A stretch of DNA of 64,000 nucleotides from Macrostomum lignano (Eukaryota): assembly GCA_002269645.1 (NCBI GenBank), contig NIVC01003344.1, positions 1 through 64,000 on the forward strand, written 5' to 3'. Positions 11,236 to 23,544 of the stretch are shown piece after piece; positions within the stretch are counted from its first letter, which is position 1; each line of letters starts with the position of its first letter. Both the position numbers and the translations under genes were made by a program. The notes under the pieces are model-generated. The model worked only from the letters and a program-made list of their open reading frames with translations. It had not been told where the DNA came from and ran no database searches.

Positions 11236-14200
11236 TCACAGGGATACAAGTGCTTCGCAATCAACTTGCACTTTGAGAAACATTGAGTCGTCCTTGATGT
11301 AGTCCAACGTATTCAGCGTCTCCAGTCGGACAAATTTAACTGCTCCAAAGCTGGCGTTTCGTTCGCCGATGGGGCGGCCTAAGAAAGGCCGGTTCTCTTT
11401 GCAGGTGTTCGGCTTCAAAGAGTAGCTAATGTGCCGTCTGGCCTTTACGTCCTCGCATTGGTCCAGCAGCCAGATGGTGACGCGATGACCGAATGGCCAA
11501 ATTAGCAATGGATCATTTTCGCTCTTGCATATGGACAGGAACACCGACATGTACTCGCCGCGGCCTGCGGAGTTGGCGATGGAAGATGCTAACTGTTCTT
11601 TGAATGGCAGATATTGCAGATAGAGACTAAAAAAAGGAGAGGTGGAAACCTTGGAGGCTTTGGCTAAAGGTTTGGGAAGTTGTTTTCATGCTTGAACTTC
11701 AGGACGTTAGAAAAGTGCATACAAGCACGTACATGATAATATTTAAGGGGCTTAACGGGGCTGAGGTTTGGGAGCTGATAATTATTTGTGCGACTTCTGG
11801 GGAGAGGTTCGAGGGCTGCTAGTTATTTGTGCGACTTCTGGGGAGTGGTGTTTGAGGGCTGCTAGTTATTTGTGCGACTTCTGGGGAGTGGTGTTTGAGG
11901 GGCTGCTAGTCATTTGTGCGACTTCTGGGGAGTGGTGTTTGAGGGGCTGATAATTATTTGTGCGACTTCTGGGGAGTGGTGTTTGAGGGGCTGATAATTA
12001 TTTGTGCGACTTCTAAGGAGAGATGTTTGAGGGGCTGATAATTATCGCGATAATTATTTGCGCGACTTCTGGCGAGAGATGTTTGAGGGGCTGATAATTA
12101 TCGCGATAATTATTTGCGCGACTTCTGGCGAGAGGTGTTTGAGGGGCTGATAATTATCGCGATAATTATTTGCGTGACTTCTGGGGAGAGGTGTTTGAGG
12201 GGCTGCTAATTTTGCGACTTCTGGGACGTGTGGGTGTGAGAGGAGGCGGAGACAGGTGGGTACTTGGGCCCCACCAGCTGAGACATTTTCCAACCTACCC
12301 TGACCATCGCCGTATAAACAGGTGGACAGGATCAGCTTGTACCCGTAGCGGTGCGTGAGGAACGGCGGGCTGAATAGAGTAGTCTTCTTGCCGCTTTTAG
12401 CTTCGGCCAGTCGCTCCTGATACGAGTCGATGCGCCACACCAGCTGCGGTCCGTACAGCTTCTCTAGGCAGGCAATTCGGCGTTCAATGCCGGCCAACTT
12501 TTTGGTGAGCTCGGCGGCCAGGCGCTCCTTCTCATTGCGAGCCTCCTCGCTGCGCTTGACGGCCACGCAGAGCAGCTCCATGTGGGTGATCTGGTTCTCC
12601 TTCAGGTGGGCCGGCAGCTCCTGCTTCTTGCCCTAGAGAGGTATTAGATCCGATTATAGGGTGCAGTCAGTCAATGATTGGACAGATTACTAAATGTACC
12701 GATGAATGACTGCAGAGATGACTAGATGTACCGATGAATGACTGCAGAGATGACTAGATGTACCGATGAATGACTGCAGAGATGACTAGATGTACCGATG
12801 AATGACTGCAGAGATGACTAGATGTACCGATGAATGACTGCAGAGATGACTAGATGTACCGATGAATGACTGCAGAGATGACTAGATGTACAAAGAAGTG
12901 ATTAGACAGTCCAAAAGCAAGGCAGATAAGTAAGTCAGCCGCTCACAGTGTGCGCGCAACCGTAGTTGGCGAACGGGCAGGGCTGGCTCTGCTGCAGACA
13001 GTCGCTATCCAGATGCTCCTGCAATGTCTCCCGCGTCACCTCCTTCTTGCTGCACTTGTTAGGACAGGGCACGGGAAACTTCGGACACGCGTCCAAATGC
13101 TCGGACTCAGTCTCGGCCAGCATTGACAGCTCGCAGAACTGGCAAATCACCTGCCGTTTCGGGCAATCCTCGTCGCGATGCTTCTGCTGGAAGCGTTTCT
13201 CGAATTCGGCTCCGCAGCGCATGGGGCAGACCGTGTGCATGCGGTCGCAGGACTCCAGGTGCGGCTGCGGTTGAGGGGTTCATAAATAATTTTGCTACTA
13301 TAATGAAACAATTAGTTCTGTCAGTTCCATTAGTTCAATCAGTCGTCAGGCACTCTGGAATCAGTCCTGAGTCACTCTGGAATCAGTCCTCACTCTGGAA
13401 TCAGTCCTCAGTCACTCTGGAATCAGTCCTGAGTCACTCTGGAATCGGTCCTGAGTCACTCTGGAATCAGTCCTCAGTCACTCTGGAATCAGTCCTGAGT
13501 CACTCTGGAATCGGTCCTGAGTCACTCTGGAATCAGTCCTCAGTCACTCTGGAATCAGTCCTAAGTCACTCTGGAATCGGTCCTGAGTCACTCTGGAATC
13601 AGTCCTGAGTCACTCTGGAATCGGTCCTGAGTCACTCTGGAATCAGTCCTCAGTCACTCTGGAATCAGTCCTGAGTCACTCTGGAATCGGTCCTGAGTCA
13701 CTCTGGAATCGGTCCTGAGTCACTCTGGAATCGGTCCCGAGTCACTCTGGAATCTGTCCCGAGTCACTCTGGAATGATTGTTTAGTCTCCCTCTACAAGC
13801 ACTCCTAAGTCACTCAGGAATCCGCAACACCTTACCATGAGCTCCTTGAGCACGCCGGTCCACTTGCAGCCGCGGCCGTAGAAGCTGCATTTGACGCCTA
13901 AATTGTCCGTCTCAACTTGGAACGCTTTGTCCGCGTACACCTTGTCCTTGTCGATGGGCATCTGGTCCAGGGGACAGCGGGGCGCCACCCTGACAAGGGA
14001 TAGGTAAGATTGTGAGGCTGTGTGATATAATGGGTTGATTAAGCCATCCACTGCTTGTTGAGTCAGATACGAGTACTATCTACTCACTACTGAGCCGCTA
14101 ACTACTCACTACAGAGCCATCTACTCACTACTGAGCCGCTAACTACTCACTACAGAGCCATCTACTCACTACTGAGCCGCTATCTACTCACTACTGAGCC

Positions 14201-15315
14201 GCTATCTACTCACTACTGAGCCGCTATCTACTCACTACAGAGCCATCTACTCACTACAGAGCCATCTACTCACTACAGAGCCGCTATCTACTTACTACTG
14301 AGCCGCTATCTACTCACTACTGAGCCGCTATCTACTTACTACTGAGCCGCTATCTACTCACTACTGAGCCGCTATCTACTCACTACTGAGCCGCTATCTA
14401 CTCACTACAGAGCCATCTACTCACTACAGAGCCATCTACTCACTACAGAGCCGCTATCTACTCGCTACTGAGCCGCTATCTACTCGCTACTGAGCCGCTA
14501 TCTACTCACTACAGAGCCGCTATCTACTCGCTACTGAGCCGCTATCTACTCACTACTGAGCCGCTATCTACTCACTACAGAGCCGCTATCTACTCACTAC
14601 AGAGCCGCTATCTACTCGCTACTGAGCCGCTATCTACTCACTACAGAGCCGCTATCTACTCACTACTGAGCCGCTATCTACTTACTAAAATGAGCCACTA
14701 TCAACAAACAACCAAATCTACTTCTTAGAGACAGATATTTTTACCGTCAACAAACTGTCTTAAGACAAATAACAAGACAATGCACTCTCGGTCCTTAGCA
14801 ACCGGGTAGAATTACCTGAGCAATTCGGGCAGACAGGAGCTGCAGCACCGGTGTCCACATTCGTCAAACTGCACCGGGTAGCGGAGCACCTGGCTGCAGA
14901 CTGGGCATTCGTATTTCTTATTCAGCTCCTCTAGGAACACAACTTCGATCTCCTCTGTCATGCCGCCGATGGAGCCGCCGCCTCCGCTGCTGCTAGTTTT
15001 CGAATGACCACTGCTCGGCCGCACCGGCTGCAGGGTGCTCACTGATGAGGCGCGCTTTGCCAAGGTTGTCGGCTCCGCAACTGTCTCGACTGGGACAGGC
15101 TGCTGCTTCTGCTGCCTGGCAACACTTGAGGCGGCAGCAGAAACCGGCGGGACGCTGGCAATGCTGCCTCGCTTACCGCTGTTAGCATTGGAGCCTTTAG
15201 CCGGGTTGCCGCTAGCGTTAGTTTTGTTGCTAACGCCACTGGCGGCGGACTGCGGCACCGCCTTCTTGACAGACGGCGCTGCTGGCTTCTGGGTTGCAGC
15301 CGCTGGTTCGGGCAT
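11236..15315 (-). CDS. TRAF4: TNF receptor-associated factor 4-like (RING, TRAF zinc fingers, coiled coil, MATH domain), 544 aa
   Basis: join complement(14816..15315,13836..13989,12947..13264,12299..12632,11236..11564); all GT-AG with consistent phases, 1635 nt. RING CPVCSQVLRYPVQFDECGHRCCSSC; MATH LVWRIDSY..LFSPPFLTHRYGYKL..GRGEYMSVF..LLIWPF. Confidence 0.9.
11765..12225. repeat. Intronic minisatellite, ~45-bp unit containing TTGTGCGACTTCTGGGG (TRAF4 intron 4)
   Basis: Tandem units read directly. Confidence 0.9.
12690..12890. repeat. Intronic 32-bp minisatellite (ACTAGATGTACCGATGAATGACTGCAGAGATG)n (TRAF4 intron 3)
   Basis: About 6 near-perfect units. Confidence 0.95.
13345..13775. repeat. 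Intronic 22-bp minisatellite (TCACTCTGGAATCRGTCCTSAG)n (TRAF4 intron 2)
   Basis: About 19 units. Confidence 0.95.
14075..14690. repeat. Intronic ~22-bp minisatellite (CTACTCACTACWGAGCCGCTAT)n (TRAF4 intron 1)
   Basis: About 28 units. Confidence 0.95.
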
Positions 15316-16394
15316 TTCTGGCTCTGGTCAGCTCCGGCTCCGGCCTTCCCGGGTGCGTTGAGAAACAAAATAAATCCACTAGAAAACTGCCCACCACCCC
15401 AACCTCCTCTTCTCTTTCTGCTTTGCCGTTGCTAGGGGCGAGGCCAAATACACACGGCCAGGGTCTGCGCTCTTCTGTCTATCCCTCTGCCAGGCCAACC
15501 CATCTGTTGTGTAGCGATTTTTCCTCATTATCTCCAGCTTCCCTCATGCAGCCCTCAGTTGCTTCCAGAAACTTCCACCCCCTCCCTCCTACAAACTCAG
15601 CAATCATATTATTAATTCCCAACTTCATGGAGATACAGCAGTTGTCTCTTGTATATCCCAATCGCGTTGCGCTCCAACTAAATGCGTACAATTCAATACC
15701 TCTTATTGACAGCAAAGTCAGGAATATTCACTTCCTAATATAGTCTCAGTTGAAGCAAAACATTTCCTTTTGAAATATTTGATCCTCAATAGGTGCAACT
15801 AATCAATAATTCATCTGTACATCTAATCATCTATGCAATCATTCATCTGTACATCTAATCATCTCCGCAATCATCCACTCGTCCGTTGAATCATTTTTTC
15901 AATCATTCATGGGTATATCTACTCTTTTTCACCCAGTTAGGGAAGCAGCAAATAAGGGGATAAAACAGTTTTTTACATCTAGCGCCAAGGCATGATTGCA
16001 ATTATTGCCGGTCACGCTTATGCCCGGGGAAAACTTACTCAAACAGACTCAAACTACGGCATGCTAGAGTGGTTGTGAACCGGATTGCCATTCTAGCTGC
16101 TTCGTATTGTGTGTTGTTTTCCAACCATGCCAGTACTAGAATCTTATTAAAATATTTTAGTACAATGGAAAAGTCAATCCATCTGCAACGCCAAGGACCA
16201 GAATGCCAAGGACCTCTGCATACTGGTGGACTGGAAACATGGCTGAATCTACCCAAAACCCTTCTAGTTGCGAGTTCACGTTTGTGACAAAGTGGATCAA
16301 CAAACTATTATCTTTGGACTGTACCCTTTCAAAGGCGTTCTAACGAGTTTAAAATTTGAACATTTTCTAACACTTTCTCGAAAATGTTTACGTT

Positions 16395-18092
16395 AGTAAT
16401 AATCTCAATCCTGATTCCCATAATCCCTGTCCCGATTCCATAATCCCAATCCCGATTCCCATAATCCCAATCCCGATTCCCATAATCCCAATCCCGATTC
16501 CCATAATCCCAATCCCGATTCCCACTATCCCAATCCCGATTCCCACTATCCCAATCCTGATTCCCACTATCCCAATCCCGATTCCCATAATCCCAATCCC
16601 GATTCCCACTATCCCAATCCCGATTCCCATAATCCCAATCCCGATTCCCACTATCCCAATCCCGATTCCCATAATCCCAATCCCGATTCCCACTATCCCA
16701 ATCCCGATTCCCATAATCCCAATCCCGATTCCCACTATCCCAATCCCGATTCCCATAATCCCAATCCCGATTCCCACTATCCCAATCCCGATTCCCATAA
16801 TCCCAATCCCGATTCCCACTATCCCAATCCCGATTCCCATAATCCCAATCCCGATTCCCATAATCCCAATCCCGATTCCCATAATCCCAATCCCGATTCC
16901 CATAATCCCAATCCCGACTCCCATAATCCCAATCCCGATTCCCATAACCCCAATCCCGATTCCCATAATCCCAATCCCGATTCCCATAATCCCAATCCCG
17001 ATTCCCATAATCCCAATCCCGATTCCCACTATCCCAGTCCCGATTCCCATAATCCCAATCCCGATTCCCACTATCCCAATCCCGATTCCCACTATCCCAA
17101 TCCCGATTCCCATAATCCCAATCCCGATTCCCACTATCCCAATCCCGATTCCCACTATCCCAATCCCGATTCCCATAATCCCAATCCCGATTCCCACTAT
17201 CCCAATCCCGATTCCCATAATCCCAATCCCGATTCCCATAATCCCAATCCCGATTCTCATAATCCCAATCCCGGTTCCCATAATCCCAATCCCGATTCCC
17301 ATAATCCCAATCCCGATTCCCATAATCCCAATCCCGATTCCCATAATCCCAATCCCGATTCCCATAATCCCAATCCCGATTCCCATAATCCCAATCCCGA
17401 TTCCCATAATCCCAATCCCGATTCCCATAATCCCAATCCCGATTCCCATAATCCCAATCCCGATTCCCATAATCCCAATCCCGATTCCCATAATCCCAAT
17501 CCCGATTCCCATAATCCCAATCCCGATTCCCACTATCCCAATCCCGATTCCCACTATCCCAATCCTGATTCCCACTATCCCAATCCCGATTCCCATAATC
17601 CCAATCCCGATTCCCACTATCCCAATCCCGATTCCCATAATCCCAATCCCGATTCCCATAATCCCAATCCCGATTCCCACTATCCCAATCCCGATTCTCA
17701 TAATCCCAATCCCGGTTCCCATAATCCCAATCCCGATTCCCACTATCCCAATCCCGATTCTCATAATCCCAATCCCGATTCCCATAATCCCAATCCCGAT
17801 TCCCATAATCCCAATCCCGATTCCCATAATCCCAATCCCGATTCCCATAATCCCAATCCCGATTCCCATAATCCCAATCCCGATTCCCATAATCCCAATC
17901 CCGATTCCCATAATCCCAATCCCGATTCCCATAATCCCAATCCCGATTCCCATAATCCCAATCCCGATTCCCACTATCCCAATCCCGATTCCCATAATCC
18001 TAATCTCGATTCCCACTATCCCAATCCCGATTCTCATAATCCCAATCCCGGTTCCCATAATCCCAATCCTGGTTCCCATAATCCCAATCCCA
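16395..18092. repeat. 21-bp minisatellite (TTCCCATAATCCCAATCCCGA)n, left arm of a large inverted repeat
   Basis: About 80 units; gives the GIGIMGI pseudo-ORF. Confidence 0.95.
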
Positions 18093-18784
18093 CTAATCGC
18101 CTACTCCCTACCCCTGTCCAGGTATCGCAGAGGTCCATGGCTCACAGGAGCAGCCTCCATACCGGATGGGCCACAGCCCCACCAGAGGCAGTAAAAATGA
18201 CCACCCACCCCATCCGCAATTCAATTTCGTTAGTCGCCCCGCAGACTGCACACGCAGTCGCTCAGCCTGGCAACCCGCCGCCCTCACACTGGATGCCCGC
18301 CACCCCAGTCAACTCGTATTCATAATGAATAATTCATAACTCTTTAACAGCGGGAAACTCTAGTGAGGAAGCTGACAGTTTTAACAGAGAAGATGAAGCA
18401 GAGCGGAGCCTCGCTACGCAGAATCTTCCTGTTGTTGCTTCTCAAGCCGCAAATAATTGTAAGATCTGTTTGCTGAAAATCTCTTTAAATAGAATCGTTT
18501 GCCTTTGCCATACAGGCTTTGAAATTAAAGTGCACAACAGAAGTGCATGTAAACAGACAGAATGTGCTTATAATCGAGTCGCAGCGTTAACTGCCGAAAT
18601 TATGAAGTGTGATTGACTAAAGAAATTTGAGTGGATACTGAATTGCTGTTTGTACAGCCTAAGGTTGCTGTTTGCAGAAAAAGTGGGCTGCTGAACTACT
18701 CATGACGGAAATTTGCGCAGAATCGGTTGAAAATAATTTCTGTCACAGCGCTGAAAGCAAAGTTGGAAAGTTGGATCGGCTTTT

Positions 18785-18990
18785 AGGGGAACTGGGGATG
18801 GCTTCCGAGGCGGAACTAGGGATGGCTTCTGAGAGGGAACTTGGGATGGTTCCGAGGCGGAACTAGGGATGGCTTCCGAGAGGGAACTTGGGATGGCTTC
18901 CGAGGGCTTCCGAGAGGGAACCAGGGATGGCTTCCGAGGGGGGACTGGGGATGTCTTCCGAGAGGGAAACGGGATGGGTTCAGAATGGGA
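18785..18990. repeat. G-rich ~22-bp repeat (GGGAACTAGGGATGGCTTCCGA)
   Basis: About 8 imperfect units. Confidence 0.8.
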
Positions 18991-19314
18991 ACTGGTTTCC
19001 AGAAAAACTGGAACAGAGGTTTTTGGCTTTTACGGAAACTTTTACAGGGTTCAAAACGGGGAACTAAGAAAATTTAAGCAACGCTTTGAAGCGGAAGCAA
19101 AAATGTAGATATCGACTTTTATTATGAGCTGAAACTTGTCAAAAGTAAGAGTCAAAATAAGTTCAATAACGCAATTTATTTGTTTAATTTATAAATCCAT
19201 CGTATTATCCTATGAAAATCACATCATTGTCTTGAAACAAAAATATTTTTCTTATTGCAATCTTAATACAATTAATAGAGGCTAACCAAGTTGAATTTAA
19301 TTCATACAATAAAC

Positions 19315-20480
19315 TGATTGGGATTATGGGAATCGGGATTGAGATTATGGGAATCGGGATTGAGATTATGGGAATCGGGATTGAGATTATGGGAATCGGA
19401 ATTGAGATTATGGGAATCGGGATTGAGATTATGGGAATCGGGATTGAGATTATGGGAATCGGGATTGGGATTATGGGAATCGGGATTGGGATTATGGGAA
19501 TTAGGATTGAGATTATGGGAATCAGGATTGAGATTATGGGAATCAGGATTGAGATTATGGTAATCAGGATTGGGATAGTGAGAATAAGGATTGGGATCAT
19601 GGGAATCAGGATTGAGATAGTGAGAATAAGGATTGGGATCATGGGAATCAGGATTGAGATAGTGAGAAAAAGGATTGGAAATCAGGATTGAGATAGTGAG
19701 AATAAGGATTGGGAATCAGGATTGAGATAGTGAGAATAAGGATTGGGATCATGGGAATCAGGATTGGGATTATGGGAATCGGGATTGGGATAGTGAGAAT
19801 AAGGATTGGGATTATGGGAATCAGGATTGAGATAGTGAGAATAAGGATTGGGAATCAGGATTGAGATAGTGAGAATAAGGATTGGGAATCAGGATTGAGA
19901 TAGTGAGAATAAGGATTGGGATCATGGGAATCGGGATTGGGATAGTGAGAATAAGGATTGGGATCATGGGAATCGGGATTGGGATTATGGGAATCGGGAT
20001 TGGGATAGTGAGAATAAGGATTGGGAATCAGGATTGAGATAGTGAGAATAAGGATTGGGATAGTGAGAATAAGGATTGGGATCATGGGAATCGGGATTGG
20101 GATTATGGGAATCGGGATTGGGATAGTGAGAATAAGGATTGGGAATCAGGATTGAGATAGTGAGAATAAGGATTGGGATCATGGGAATCAGGATTGAGAT
20201 AGTGAGAATAAGGATTGGGAATCAGGATTGAGATAGTGAGAATAAGGATTGGGAATCAGGATTGAGATAGTGAGAATAAGGATTGGGAATCAGGATTGAG
20301 ATAGTGAGAATAAGGATTGGGATCATGGGAATCAGGATTGAGATAGTGAGAATAAGGATTGGGATTATGGGAATCGGGATTGGGATAGTGAGAATAAGGA
20401 TTGGGATCATGGGAATCGGGATTGGGATAATGGGAATCGGAATGATGATTATGAGCAATCTTGATTGGAATTATGGGAAT
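19315..20480. repeat. Inverted, more diverged copy of the 21-bp array (GGGATTATGGGAATCGGGATT / GAGATAGTGAGAATAAGGATT), right arm
   Basis: Reverse complement of the 16.4-18.1 kb unit, plus derived variants. Confidence 0.9.
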
Positions 20481-20556
20481 TGACAGTGTCGAGAGCATGC
20501 CACACAACTTGTATCTTACGCAACAAAGCGTAAAACCGGGATGACGTCACGAAGAA

Positions 20557-22296
20557 TCAGTGAGCATTCAACCGCAAGTCTGGCTCTGAGCAGCCCCACT
20601 TTTTCACCTCGACGGGCTGCAAAGGTATGCCGTCATCATTCTGTTGGGTGAGCTGTCTGTTGACGCTGGCCATCAGCTCATTCAGCATCACGGGTCGGTG
20701 AGCTTCCATTTGAGCCTCGGCGTACTGACACAGATAGTGAATAAAGAATGAGCCCAGATCACCACTGCGCATGGCTTTATAAGAAGGCAGGGTGGCATAG
20801 CACTGGTACACCTCAGTGTAGCTTCTGTTCATCTGCAAATGCCCAGCTGGAGTTCCCGGCTGCGACTGCTCCTGCGACGGTCCGTCAGTGTAGAAGTTCA
20901 CAAATTCACCGCGACAGAATTGAAACACGAACAGCTTCGGTTGGCGACTGAACATTGGCTGCGAGCACGTCAGGTTCACTAGATCCGTGATGCAGTGCAG
21001 AGTCTGGTTATCTGCCGTCAGCACATCGTGCGCATCTTTCCCGTGGCCCATCACGAACATGACGAAGCTGGTGTACGCACCAGCGCCAAACTCGTCAAAG
21101 CATTCGTCACGAAAGTCGATGCACTTCTCGCGAGTCATTAGCAGGTCGGGCTCGTCAGTAGTATTGGGACTGCGTAAAATCTGATAGCCGAGCTTCTTGA
21201 ACACCCGAGATATGTTCTCCACGTCACATGCGCTGCCTTGGCGCCTGTGGAATTGTGTAGGCGCATCGGCTTGCTCGTAGCGGTCAATGTTGAGTATGCA
21301 GCATAGGCCAACAGGCCTAGCAGCTGGACTTGGCGCCGGATGTACTGGCCTTAATTCAGCTGATGGCGGCTCGGCATAGTCTGTAATTAAAAATCGGAAA
21401 GTAAATAAAAATGAATTTTAACAAATTTAAATATTTAGTTTTATGTACGCGAATGTGCATTGCGAAAAGAGAGGTTATTATTCGATTTTAAGCATCAAGA
21501 CTTAAAAATGACGACAGGTTGCTATTTATAGTATCAACATTTCAAAAATGACGTCAGGTTGCTATTTATAGTAACAACATTTCAAAATGACGTCCGGTTG
21601 CTATTTATAGTATCAACATTTCAAAAATGACGTCAGGTTGCTATTTATAGTAACAACATTTCAAAATGACGTCCGGTTGCTATTTATAGTATTAACATTT
21701 CAAAATGACGTCAGGTTGCTATTTATAGTATCAACATTTCAAAAATGACGTCAGGTTGCTATTTATAGTAACAACATTTCAAAATGACGTCCGGTTGCTA
21801 TTTATAGTATCAACATTTCAAAATGACGTCAGGTTGCTATTTATAGTATCAACATTTCATAACGAGAAAGTGACAAAGCTTCACAATGACGTCATCAGGT
21901 ACCTATGACGAAATATGTTTCGAAATATGTTTACGTGAGTCACTTAGCCAATGCTTACTAACAACATGTTTAAGCAACGACAGCATACCAGTTTGAAGGA
22001 CGCGACGTACGAATTCGACAACCGTCTGGTGCGGCGACTCCCGGTAGTGGATGGATAACAGAAGAAGCATGGCTGAGGAACAGGGGTAGGCTTGCACAAG
22101 ATCGGTATTCCGTCTGGTCCACCAGGGTTGCATAGCCAGACTGCGCCGAAGCCGCCGGCAGCAGACGGTTTCGTCGTAGGGGGCCAGCGCCTTGTACAGG
22201 TCCAGATGGCGCCGCAGCGGGCGGGGAGGCGCTACCTCTGTTGAGCTGCAAAAATAAAGTGTCAAAACTTATTCTAAAAAGTTTAACGCCAGGGAT

Positions 22297-22335
<39 letters not shown>

Positions 22336-22354
22336 GTCAGGCAGACAGTAAGGC

Positions 22355-22387
<33 letters not shown>

Positions 22388-22406
22388 GTCAGGCAGACAG
22401 TAAGGC

Positions 22407-22467
<61 letters not shown>

Positions 22468-22530
22468 CTAAACCGGACAGACAGACAGACAGACACTAAA
22501 CCAGACAGACACTAAACCAGACAGACACTA

Positions 22531-22587
<57 letters not shown>

Positions 22588-22714
22588 GTCAGGCAGACAG
22601 TAAGGCAGACAGACAGAAGGACAGACAGACAGACAGACAGACAGTCAGGCAGACAGTAAGGCAGACAGACAGACAGACAGACAGACAGACAGTCAGTCAG
22701 GCAGACAGTAAGGC

Positions 22715-22755
<41 letters not shown>

Positions 22756-22846
22756 CTAAACCGGACAGACAGACAGACAGACACTAAACCGGACAGACAG
22801 ACAGACAGACACTAAACCAGACAGACACTAAACCAGACAGACACTA

Positions 22847-22899
<53 letters not shown>

Positions 22900-22918
22900 G
22901 TCAGGCAGACAGTAAGGC

Positions 22919-22999
<81 letters not shown>

Positions 23000-23018
23000 G
23001 TCAGGCAGACAGTAAGGC

Positions 23019-23107
<89 letters not shown>

Positions 23108-23467
23108 CATCATTCACCATTCAGCGGAGCAATCGGCCTGGCGCAGCAGGGCGGCTGGAAACTCGGCGCCCAGCGCCTGCAGCACTTCGGCCAGGAGCCT
23201 GACAGCTTTGCTTCCGTCCGCGCCACCGTCCAGCTGTTCAATGAGAATCCGGCGCAGTTCGGGCCAGCCGTTGGCGACCAACCGACGCCAGAAGTCGAAC
23301 CGGCGAGGCAACTGCGGGCAGCTGCCGGCAAGAAGGAAGGCGGCATCTTCAATGCTGCCAAGAAGAGCGGAGCTGCAGAACAGCTGGTTGAGGCATGGCG
23401 AGTCCAGCAGGCTGCGCGCCTCCGGCTGGGCCACCGGCACCGAGTCCGCAAAGGGTGCCTGGTTCAT
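20557..23467 (-). CDS. Caspase (peptidase C14) with long prodomain containing two death-fold-like modules; 5' end uncertain
   Basis: join complement(23118..23467,21989..22245,20557..21380); phases 2 and 1 match at GT-AG junctions. Catalytic His (MGHG) and Cys (QFCRG) intact; CCILNI..RQGSACDVENISRVFKKLGY and GSFFIHYLC blocks present. Confidence 0.85.
21505..21860. repeat. Intronic 39-40-bp minisatellite (AAAATGACGTCAGGTTGCTATTTATAGTATCAACATTTC)x9
   Basis: Nine units in the last caspase intron. Confidence 0.95.
22293..23107. repeat. (GACA)n microsatellite with interspersed variants (caspase intron)
   Basis: Direct reading. Confidence 0.95.
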
Positions 23468-23544
23468 TCCGCGGCTCCGAGCTGCAGCTGCTGCAAGATA
23501 TGCACTCGGGCTTGTGACTTCGGGAGAGGATCTGGGGAACGCTG

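Noticed and set aside
16388-18079. 563-aa GIGIMGI ORF
   Set aside because: Translation of a stop-free 21-bp repeat; no unique sequence.
16395-20480. Interstitial telomeric repeat
   Set aside because: The motif is GGGATT/GGGAAT within a 21-mer, not (TTAGGG)n.
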